A DNA stretch of 33,885 bases from Tubiluchus corallicola (Eukaryota > Animalia > Priapulida). Positions 24,401 to 33,885 of this stretch are shown in pieces. Below the pieces are notes generated by a model. It was not told where the DNA came from, did not search any database, and saw only the letters and a program-made list of their open reading frames with translations. Made by a program: the position numbers and the translations under genes. Numbering within the stretch: position 1 is the stretch's first letter; every line of letters begins with the position of its first letter. The stretch spans positions 1 through 33,885 of the forward strand of contig JAQGDQ010001583.1 in assembly GCA_030141605.1 (NCBI GenBank), read 5' to 3'.

Positions 24401-27400
24401 ATATCATCTCCTCATCTTTTTCTATCTTCATTGGGACCATATAGTTTTTTGTCAGCTGCATCTTGCCATTTGATTTTGAAGAAATATGATGGTGGTGATG
24501 TTGGTAATGATGATAATGAGAATGACGATGAAGTTGACAACAATGCTGATGATGATGATTGTGGTGGTGGTAATTCTTTCTGTCTTTTTGGGCTGATGGT
24601 ATGTAAAAAATATCATAGCAGTCGACATAATTTATTCACACTGATGAATGACAGTGTTGGTCTAAATGCCTTCATTGTAGTGAATAGATTTATTATATAG
24701 GTAAACAGGTTCCCACATTCAGGGAAAATCCTGGAAAATCCTTGAAAATACAGGCTATCCTGGAAAGTCATGGGAAAGTCAGGGAAAAAGATAATTTGGT
24801 AAAAAGTCAGGGAAACAATCACCGTGAACCGATATTTTTCCAAACATATTTTCAGCGATTCGTGTTCAAATAAAATTTTGCTATGAGAGGCTCCCAGTTT
24901 CGATTTCTGTTCGAAAAATAATGATGCGCCGACACATTATATATCAGTATGTGTATGAATGTACTTACACAAAAATGTTTGAGTATGTATACTGGTAATA
25001 TAATTTCTGCTTATCTTGGTCACGGAAAATCAATGTTTGGTCAGGGAAAAGTCATGGAAAAGTCAGTGAAATTTATTTTAAAATTCTGTGGGAACCGTGG
25101 GAGTAAAACACAGTATTACTCTCAAGTTACTTTAATAAGAAAAAAAAACTGTTGCACTTTAGTTGCCTAGATGTGTGTGATATAAGTTTATTTAAAGTAA
25201 GTGTATGTTTAACTGATTTGTTTTAGCCATCTTTAAATTTAACAATTGCAATCATTGGCTACTGAATGATGACCAGTAATTTTGCTGTCAGATAAAAAGG
25301 CAGTTCGGGGTCGTAAGCTTGTCAGAAACTTTCGCTGGCATTTCCTTGAAAATGGTGCCTATACAGAGTACCCAGTGGTTGTGGCTATGTGATGCGTAGT
25401 AAAACAGCATTGCACTTTTTACATTGCCATGTGAAAATTCTTCATAGGTGACATGATGGGATCGACAATCCACAATATGGAAAATCTTTTGAATCTGCCA
25501 TATGGATGCGGAGAACAGAACATGATGAGTTTTGCATCTAGTATCTTCATCATTAACTATCTATTGGCGATGGAGCAGTTAACATCAGACATTAAAGATA
25601 GGGCCTTGCGTTCCATGGAAAGAGGTAAATTACATTAATGTCGACATATAATTTTATAGAAATACAGACTAGTGTGCAAAAAGGCAGATATTTTACAGTT
25701 CGTAAAGTGCAAGATCAAATTTGCAAATCAAGGGCATGGGTGCAAAGTAAGATATTGTATGTTATGTACATGTAAATTAGTACAAAGTGGCATAATTAAC
25801 CATAATAGTCTTAACTATAAAGCACTAAGAAGTATAAGTATAACTTAACATAATGACTAATAGATGCCCCTGCAGTGCCAGTAATGGGGAAATATCCTTT
25901 AACCTTCTCTACGTGTAGTAAATGGGGACATATCCTCTAACCTTCTTAGTGGTTAATCTTCAGTTGTAAGTTGTCTGTAAATATTTTGTGAATGGAATGC
26001 TAAAAAGGAGGAAAAACAAAAAGAAACGTTGCATAATTCGATTGCGATGATTCGATAGCTTTCGTAACAATTGAAAACCTTCCTGTTGACTGAACGATCG
26101 ATTCTTTATGCACATAAAGTGGAAAGGACAACAATCGTTAATATGCGGGCATTGGCTTGTCAAAAAACTGGCTTACAGATAATAAAGCTTTTGGTTTTTG
26201 CATTAACTTTTTCTGTAAACTGACATTACAAAAGTTAAATCGTTTTAGAAGAAATATTGTGAGACTAATTCTATGCCTATTACAAACACTCAATTACACA
26301 CTGGTATTGTTTTAGGCTATCAACAAGAATTAGCTTACCAAAGAACAGATGGATCATTCAGCGCATTTGGAGAGAAAGACGATCATGGCAGCATGTGGTA
26401 ATTGTTCTTTGTTACTTTATAACAAGTTTTTGCAGAATTTGTTTCAAGATTTACATAATTGGACAGAGAGATTAATAAGTGAGCTTAAACCGAGTGCAAA
26501 TCTTGTTCATTTTTTAAATAATTTCAAGCTCTTTTATCGTAACTAAAAAACATTCCACAAGGAGAAACCATTGCAAGGCACACAGTGTTTTGATTTGTTC
26601 AAGAACGTTTACACTTGGCTGATTTTAAGCCTTATGGCTACCCCAGGTAAAACAAAAGTACGAAAACTTTTGACAAGGTTTCCCAAAGTTCTAAAACGAT
26701 GCCAACCTTTGGACAGGTGCAAAGCTTCTGCATGTGAATGTATACGTAAAAACTGCCCAACAAGAATCTCTTGCATTCAAGAGTGACATCATCTCTTATG
26801 TGAAAGATGAAGAAATATGAGACATATAGGCATCGGGCAGAAGGTGCTAACTAAACTAACCATGATTTTCTTCACTATTTACAAAAAAATCATTAAAAAC
26901 ACGAAGTGCAGCAAAAATTTTCTATGATGCTGTAATTATATTTTCTCTATTCGGAAGGTTTGGAGAGACTTCTGGCTTTATTTAGTATTGTAAGAACTTA
27001 CCAAATTTCTGTAAAAGGAAACTGTAAACAGTGTCAAAGTGAAGAATGACTTGCTTGAAAGACTTATTACTGCACATGTCTAATTTTGTTGCAAACTTTC
27101 AGTCTTTCGTACTTAATGGTCACAGTGCTTGTTTCTTGCAGATGCACTGCACAAAAATCAGGTACTGTACCCAATTAACAACAGCCATAAAATTTGAAAA
27201 TGTGAACTTAAACTTTGCCAAGTTTTTGTATGTCATAGTCAATGTTTTTTCTACTGTCTTATTTAGGTTGACAGCATTTGTTGCCAAGTCGTTTAATCAG
27301 GCTCGAAGCTACATTTATATCGATCAATTCGTAATTGAAAAAGCACTAGGATGGATCGTAAAATGGCAAAGGGACGACGGTCAGTTTCCGGAACCCGGTC

Positions 27401-30400
27401 AAGTACTATATAAACCAATGCAGGTAGGGAGTCGTTGTGGTTTAACACTGCTTGGTTGTAAGATTCACGCTGTTTCATGTCACGTTTCACTTGTCAGTGG
27501 CAGTTTAAAATTTCACTTTTCATTGTGCACACTATGCATCTTCATTTAAGTATTGAAGTGAGGAATGTCAATACCTCCTGTTCCTCTGGATGCATTTCTC
27601 TGATAAGCAGACCTTAACATCTTTATAGGGGTCCTTCGAACAAAGACGACTCCTTCTCTCCAATGAATAAGAAATGGGTATAAGTCTGAGTTATCGTTGC
27701 TGAGAGTTACGCTGACACGTTGAAAGACCGAAATCAGAGCCACTTCTTCTGTCCCTCTTGCGACCAGTTTGCTATTAGAAACTGCTGTTAGGAAATTCTT
27801 TGTTTATTGACCGTTTTTACTTTATGTTGGCTGTCTTTTCATTTATGCTGACATTAGCTGTCTGAATTTTTATCATTAGGAATTTGTAGTATGTAGGAAT
27901 GTATAGTATGTAATTAAGCAATACTAGCTAAATTATCTTAAAATTAACTGTGATTTGGTTAGTATGAAATAAACTCACGTCGCAAAAACTATCATCTTGA
28001 ATGTCTTCCTTATTGGTGTTTACGATCTACACTTTTTGTTAAGCAGCTTTGCACAACTAGCCTGCTTGTGTGGATTATGTTTTTTAAATATTTTCTAAGC
28101 ATTTGTAGGAAAATGGATGAAAGACATGAACAATGTAGGTTTGCTTTTTTCTGTTTTGCATTTAAAAATGTAAATCCTATTATAAACACTTTTTAAAGTC
28201 TAACCACGAATCTAATATTTAAGAAATGAATTATGTTAGTGAAGTGCTTTTGGGTGAAAGTGTAGTGACAAAGTGGTTACGTCACTGGCTATGCCATGAC
28301 CACTCAAGCACGGCATTCTAGTTAAGCCTATTCAGCCTTAATTGAGTTTCCAGTCATGTACTGGCCGAAGCAGAGCAGCTGAGCGACGGGCTAGCTACTT
28401 GTCCTCCTTGTGCGCCATGATTTCATAGGATCATTCTTCTTCTTCATTGTTATACATGTACCTTAAGTTTGGTTTACTAAGCAGGTTGCAGCAGACAGTG
28501 GATCGACATCACTGACGGCATATGTACTGATTTCGCTATTAGAGAACAAAGAGAACATCTCAAATCAGGTACAAATTATTTCATTGCAAAACCAGCGATA
28601 AAGATGTTAATAGATATGTATCTTTATTGTTGCTTTTGTAGTGAAATAATTTCTTTTCTGTTGTCACATTTCCACTGTGATTGTATAGGAAAACTAGTGT
28701 TATGTCAGCATTTTTACGCAGAGAAATTAGCAATCTGTCTTATTACTATCTTTGTCAACGTTTCTCAGTGATGTCGGCTGTAGTACCTAACAAAAAAGAT
28801 GTCTGATAATCAGATAGTAAATGATGATGAGAATCTGTAAGAGTTGCTTGACTATTGTGTTTAGGCAAAGTACTACAAAACCAGCACGGATTAACCATTA
28901 AACAAAATAACCATACGCTTAAGGCCTCAGTGGAACCTAAATCGAATAATTACCCAAAATTAAATTATACTTGAATATGTGTGGTGGTTTCTGTGTTTTT
29001 TTACAATGTGAAGGCACGGATGGGTATTGAGATTCTAGTTACTGAGTAGCGTGAGCTGCTCACTGCCCATATGATGACGTTGATTGTTTATATAATGTGT
29101 CATAATATGTTTCAAGTTTGGTAATGCTTATAAAATTGTGGTGATACAGAAAATATGATAGAGTCCTCCGTGTATTTTTAACTTAATATCACTTTTTTAC
29201 ACAATGTAAAGTTGATGCCCTGACATTTGCTGTAAAAAAATCTTCAATTTTTTTATTTTTAAAGATAAAATTTTGTTTTACAGTTTAATATTGTTTTCAT
29301 TCTGAATTGCTCATATATGAGGTACCATTATGAGGGTAACGTAGTCTTTTCAGTGCTTAGGGCCTCTCAAGGTGTTAATCCGGCCCTGTGTAACAAAACA
29401 ATACATAATAACAAAAATTAAGTACAATATTGTTTTCCAAAATCACGAACATATGACTGTGTGGTGTGGAATTTACAGAAATTATCAGCAATAAATGTAT
29501 TTGGTACTGGGCAGTATGTTTACTTATGTTGATTAATAGGATGACAGAAGAGATTATTAAATTCATAAGCAGCTTTTTTACAGCCAGGAATGTCCAGGGT
29601 GAGACTACAAGGAGCAGTAGAACAGATCGTCTATGGTGTTTAAGAACCAGGATGAGGTTTACTGAAAAGCATCTTCCATTAGTTAATGAATTTATTTTAA
29701 AAGCAGGTAATTAATTAACAATTGAAAAGATAATTGTGTGGATTTTACATTGTTCAGGGTATAAAAGATTCGGTCTTGACTTCGATTTCGAAAGCTCAAG
29801 AATACCTAGAATCCAATCTGAACAGCTTTGCAAACGATTCATATTCACTGGCAGTTACTACGTATGCCTTGACTTTAGCTGAAAGTGGAAAAGCCGACAA
29901 AGCTTTAGAGTTACTGAACAAACTCGCTGACGAAGAAGGTATGTTTCATTTCAATGCTTTGCATTAAATAAATATTTATTATTAGTAATTATTGATTTTC
30001 TGACGGAATGCTACAAGCTTTTTAAATGCTTCAGTTAGCATCAAATGGAAATAAACATGATCAAATCTGATGCTCATTATTGCTTAATCATGGAATTTGG
30101 ACGGAAATACATTAATAATGTAACATAATGTTTCTCTGTCGTACCTTGAATCTGTGTTAATGGACTTCTTCATCTGACCAATACAGATGGTATGAAGCAT
30201 TGGAGCATGAATGACGAACACTTGCATTCCTCACGTGAGTCTTGTTATCCAGTTGAAACTGAAATGACTTCATATGCTTTATTGACATTGACAAAGCGAG
30301 GCGAGCTGGAAGCCGGAGTTCCCATCATGCAGTGGTTGAAGAAGCGTCAAAACCCATTAGGTGGTTTTACCTCCACTCAGGTGCACTTTTTGTAGCTGTT

Positions 30401-31995
30401 CTGACAAGTTTAAGATGTATTGAAAATAATTTTGAATATTTTCCTCCCTCTCTCCTTCTCCCCCCTCTCTCTCTCTCTCTCTCTCGTGCTTTCTTTCTAC
30501 CAATATTAATGGTATTCTTATTAATAATCTGTGTGATTAAATAAATCTCTTTTAATTAGGACACAGTGATTGGCCTGCAAGCTTTGTTCGAATTCTCTGA
30601 GAAAAGATCTCAAATCAAAGATGTGTCATTTAAATGTATGGCTAAAGCTCAGCATGTGGCGTACGAGTTTAATGTCAATAAGTCTAACATGTTTGCTTAC
30701 CAAACAGCTGGGGTATGTTGCTTTTATCAATGTAGTGGTCATGTATTGTGGCAAATTAAAAATTACAATATCAGAAATTATATTATTTTGTCCTTTTAAC
30801 AATCATTTTAACTCAGTTTGTTTAAAAATTGCATTTTTGTTAGCAATTTATTGAGACCTTTTCAATGCTGACAACTTTACTTTGATCGTTAGTTTGAGCA
30901 AAGTGTTTCAAATTTAAGTTCTTGTGTAGAAATTAGTTTTTGTAATTATCATTGAGCACACTAGCTGCACCAGTATGTGGCCAGCATGAATTTTTGCAAG
31001 CCGGAATCCTATTTAAGTTCACACTTGCCAATGCTGCTTGCAAGAGATTTGATGCATTTAAACTGGTACTGTAGGTGCTGCTTAATAGACTCACTTTCGA
31101 ACCGCAGTGTTTTGACCCAATTAACCGACTGAATCTATTAACTGATAGGTGTAGTATTGCTGGTATCACTTTAGACAAGTGATTAAATGTTTAGCTTTCA
31201 GAAATTCTTGGGCAACGAAGTTAATTGCAGTGGACGAGCGGGTAACAGATTCAAAGCAGTACCGCTACGCTAGCGTATTAGCGCATGATAAACATACCTC
31301 AATAAAACGGTATCTAACATGATTATTTCTACATATATTATAGTGCACAAAAGCAATGTAAAGATGACATAAAAGTAGGAAAAGCTTTTTCAGCACATAC
31401 AAATCTTTTATTTGAAGTACGTAAAGGAAAAATATTGAGTCAATTATGCGGAGTTATTTGAGTCAATTACCGACAGTTTTTATGTACATTTGAATAGGAG
31501 TGGCCCGTACCAGGCGTTTTTGAGTCAAGCTATTGAGTCTATTAACCATGAATCTATTAAGCAGCGCATACAGTACTAGATTATTTAAATCATATTTATT
31601 GCCATTGTGACAGTAGAATATTTTGTGCAATTCGTTATCTGATGTGAGATAACAAATTTGACGTTGAAAGTCCACTACAAGAACGCACGGTTACACATTT
31701 AAATTTTGTATCAGTTTCAGTTAATATGAATGGTTGATATGATATTTTTGAGCAGCAGGCTAAAATGAGTTATCAATGTTTATATTTCCGTTTTTAATCA
31801 AAGTAATCATGATGTGCCATGAAATAATTCAGTAAAAGCCGTTTTTAAGTTTATTGCAGCGTGTGTGACATTTTTTAAAAATGTGCAAGTTTCTTCATTT
31901 TTTATTTCATCAACATTAATGCTATCTTTTTTCAGTTTCCAATTTCTTATTCTGTTGCTGTACGATCACAAGGTATTGGCATTTGCAATTTACAG
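18383..31995 (+). CDS. Partial thioester-containing protein gene, right copy, 15 exons (first truncated by the inversion breakpoint), 631 codons
   Basis: Mirror of the left copy with the same motifs and splice phases. It starts mid-exon, so it may be a pseudogene fragment. Confidence 0.9.
18954..19112. repeat. 30-bp minisatellite (mirror of 14795-14953)
   Basis: TGTGGCTTCTATATTAGTGGCTTCTTTATT repeated. Confidence 0.93.
19407..19473 (+). CDS. TEP exon, right: [22 protein letters not shown]
   Basis: Mirror of 14434-14500. Confidence 0.87.
19831..19915 (+). CDS. TEP exon, right, FPESWLW
   Basis: Mirror of 13992-14076. Confidence 0.92.
20278..20944. mobile_element. Kolobok-like element (mirror of 12963-13629)
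   Basis: ttaaaggacaagaaaa ... ttttcttgcgctttaa. Confidence 0.55.
21225..21345 (+). CDS. TEP exon, right, [11 protein letters not shown]
   Basis: Mirror of 12562-12682. Confidence 0.92.
22168..22371 (+). CDS. TEP exon (MG7), right, [11 protein letters not shown]
   Basis: Mirror of 11535-11738. Donor ACG|gtaagc. One synonymous difference (ACT at 22293 vs ACG on the left). Confidence 0.93.
22920..23048 (+). CDS. TEP exon, right, ending LLFVK at GC donor
   Basis: Mirror of 10871-10999. Confidence 0.88.
24197..24335 (+). CDS. TEP exon, right, AEGV...VSVT
   Basis: Mirror of 9584-9722. Confidence 0.9.
24706..25099. mobile_element. MITE (mirror of 8788-9213, 32 bp shorter)
   Basis: caggttcccaca ... 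tgtgggaaccgtg. Confidence 0.7.
25448..25624 (+). CDS. TEP thioester exon, right (GCGEQ at 25504-25518)
   Basis: Mirror of 8263-8439. Confidence 0.97.
26316..26397 (+). CDS. TEP exon, right, GYQQEL...DGSFSAFG
   Basis: Mirror of 7490-7571. Confidence 0.95.
27267..27423 (+). CDS. TEP exon, right, LTAFVAKSF...QVLYKPMQ
   Basis: Mirror of 6464-6620. Confidence 0.95.
28485..28568 (+). CDS. TEP exon, right, [12 protein letters not shown]
   Basis: Mirror of 5319-5402. Confidence 0.93.
28882..29388. mobile_element. MITE (mirror of 4499-5005)
   Basis: cagcacggattaac ... gttaatccggccctg. Confidence 0.6.
29758..29938 (+). CDS. TEP exon, right, KAQEYLE...YALTLA
   Basis: Mirror of 3949-4129. Confidence 0.93.
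30187..30380 (+). CDS. TEP exon, right, EMTSYALL...GGFTSTQ
   Basis: Mirror of 3507-3700. Confidence 0.94.
30560..30712 (+). CDS. TEP exon, right, DTVIGLQAL
   Basis: Mirror of 3175-3327. Confidence 0.92.
31067..31575. mobile_element. TA-flanked MITE (mirror of 2312-2820)
   Basis: Same TIRs. Confidence 0.7.
31936..31995 (+). CDS. TEP exon, right, [20 protein letters not shown]
   Basis: Mirror of 1892-1951. Confidence 0.8.
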
Positions 31996-33593
31996 GTGAA
32001 GTATTCTTCTGTTATCATTAATGAAAAGATGAACTTTAACTCTTATATTTTTTTAGAATTTTAGTACTTTTTACTCATTGTAATAAGGCTAAAGTCACAG
32101 TGCGTAAAATTTATAAAGCTAAAAGGTAGCTTTTCGTTGAGTGTACAACTGTACACATTCAAATGTGGCTATATCTTCTTAGCCACTTCATTTCTTATCT
32201 GTCTTTATTCTGCCATTGAATGCTGTGTCCCAGTCTGCAGAATGCCGAATTGCATAAAAAAACTTTTGTGATCGTTATTAACCCGTATTGTCTAAACACG
32301 CATTTACCACATGTCTGGAATTAATTATGTCTTACTGCATTATAGACAGCAATCACTTTTGATGCACACGTTATTGCGCTACTGCAGTATTGGTAATGTG
32401 GGCATTTGATAAGACCTATCTTTCTGGGTATTTTTCTGCAAGGACTTGTGAAAGAAGATCATTTGATACTTGTTACGTGGCAACAAAATATTACTGTACA
32501 TGTTTAGTAGCATGAAATAGACATATTAACCTTTTTACTACGGAAGGCAGCACCTTGCCGCCTATGTTTTTCATACAAGGAATGGAAGGCGGTAGACTGC
32601 CGCTCAAGCTCAGCACTAGGCGGAGTCAGGTCTGTTTAGTTCGCTGCTACGCCCATGCAAAAACATTGTAGAAAAGTTTAACAGCTGTGGGATTGGGGTG
32701 TGCTTCACAGTAAGTAAGGCTAATCCGCCAATCAGCATCTGAAGCCAGGTGAATTCCATAATACTACACTGTATGGTATGTTCCCATGCAAAATCACTTG
32801 TAGATCTTCGATGAAATGTATGTTTAGTTGATTGTTCTGCATTCTTATTAAATGATTGCATATTATGGATTAGTATTGTGTCTTTTGTAAAAACTGGTTT
32901 CTAAAGCTTATCTATATGGGTGTGCAAGTGAGTGTGCGTGTGTAGGAATAAAACTAATGTTTAATATTAGTACTTAATAATGAACAACTGTTTGTTTATT
33001 TACTAACACACCACAATAAGTTATTGTCAAATGTGCAAAAGCCAATGTGGCCCAGTTAAAAACTTCCACCCTGCGTGCCTGGTAAAATCCTCTCGCGTAA
33101 TTTATTCCTCAACTACTTTGCAAGTATTTGTACGCCCCTCTAGATGTGCAAAAATACATAAGCAATTCTATTCATTTGGTAGCTGCGCATTATGATGATG
33201 TGCATTATGTGTTGCTGGGCAGCATTTGTCTTCTATGAAGTTCTCTTCTAATTTGTAATACATGTCTATCAAGTACATAGTCTCCAATATTGATGTATTG
33301 AAAGAGACTTCTATATGAATGGGATAACTTGTGCTAAATTCCTGCTTTCCAGCACAGCAATTTGAAAGAACACAAATGTATATGTTGGCTATGCTTTAGC
33401 CTGTGCTATTAAGGAAACACGAATGATGTTTTAATGTACATATGAAGATGCTCAGTATCATATGTCAATTACAGCATCTTGATTTGGCGTCATCTCATTA
33501 ATGATTCGTTTTTTGGTTTGAGTCATTAGGAATAAAGGAGAATGACTTACTTTACATCAAGTAAGAATCTTTTAAGAAACATGAAGGGTAGTA

Positions 33594-33885
33594 TTTGTGG
33601 TGCAAAAAGTTGGATGACTTTGTGGTATAAAGAGTTGGATGACTTTGTGGTATAAAGAGTTGAATGACCTTGTGGTATAAAGAGTTGAATGACCTTGTGG
33701 TGTAAAGAGTTGAATGACTTTGTGGTATAAAGAGTTGGATGACTTTGTGGTATAAAGAGCTGAATGGCTTTGTGGTGTAAAGAACTGGATGACTTCGTGG
33801 TATAAAGAGTTGGATGATTTTGTGTTATAAAGAGTTGGATGATTTTGTGTTAGAAAGAGTTGCATGACTTTGTAGTATAAAGAGT
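33594..33885. repeat. 25-bp tandem repeat (mirror copy), consensus TGGATGACTTTGTGGTATAAAGAGT
   Basis: Reverse complement of 1-292 with the same order of unit variants. Confidence 0.95.

Larger units (their letters stand above)
18383..33885. repeat. Right arm of giant inverted repeat (mirror of 1-15524)
   Basis: Begins at gatttgaa|gaaggagacggtg (18383), which is the reverse complement of 15524 leftward, and runs to the last base of the window. Confidence 0.98.

Noticed and set aside
1025-32861. Remaining short ORF-track entries (60-113 aa) as independent genes
   Set aside because: No recognisable motifs. They are intronic or antisense/shifted overlaps of TEP exons, and appear twice only because of the inverted repeat.
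31996-33593. Next TEP exon (end of CUB/MG8), e.g. MSIKYIV near 33262
   Set aside because: No acceptor and an early stop. The C-terminal exons appear to lie outside the window.

Overview
AT-rich animal (probably invertebrate) genomic DNA. The window is one giant inverted repeat: arm 1-15524 is the reverse complement of arm 18383-33885 (about 99.9% identical; I found at least 12 substitutions and 4 indels by eye), separated by a 2858-bp unique spacer (15525-18382). Each arm carries the middle part of an intron-rich thioester-containing protein gene (alpha-2-macroglobulin/C3/CD109-TEP superfamily, most like CD109/invertebrate TEP), oriented head-to-head. I reconstructed 16 phase-compatible exons on the - strand (701 codons, 17818->1892) and 15 on the + strand (631 codons, 18383->31995) with no stops. 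They include the GCGEQ thioester motif, a Tyr at the position of the catalytic His, and one GC-AG intron. The spacer is the upstream continuation of the left copy, so the structure is a fold-back inversion whose breakpoint lies inside an exon. Neither copy has the N-terminal half of the protein, and the C-terminal exons lie outside the window. The junction fuses a 70-codon stop-free spacer frame, containing a well-placed ATG, in frame to the right copy. Introns contain several MITE-like elements and mini/microsatellites, and both window ends stop at the same base of a 25-bp tandem repeat. An assembly or amplification artefact cannot be excluded from sequence alone.
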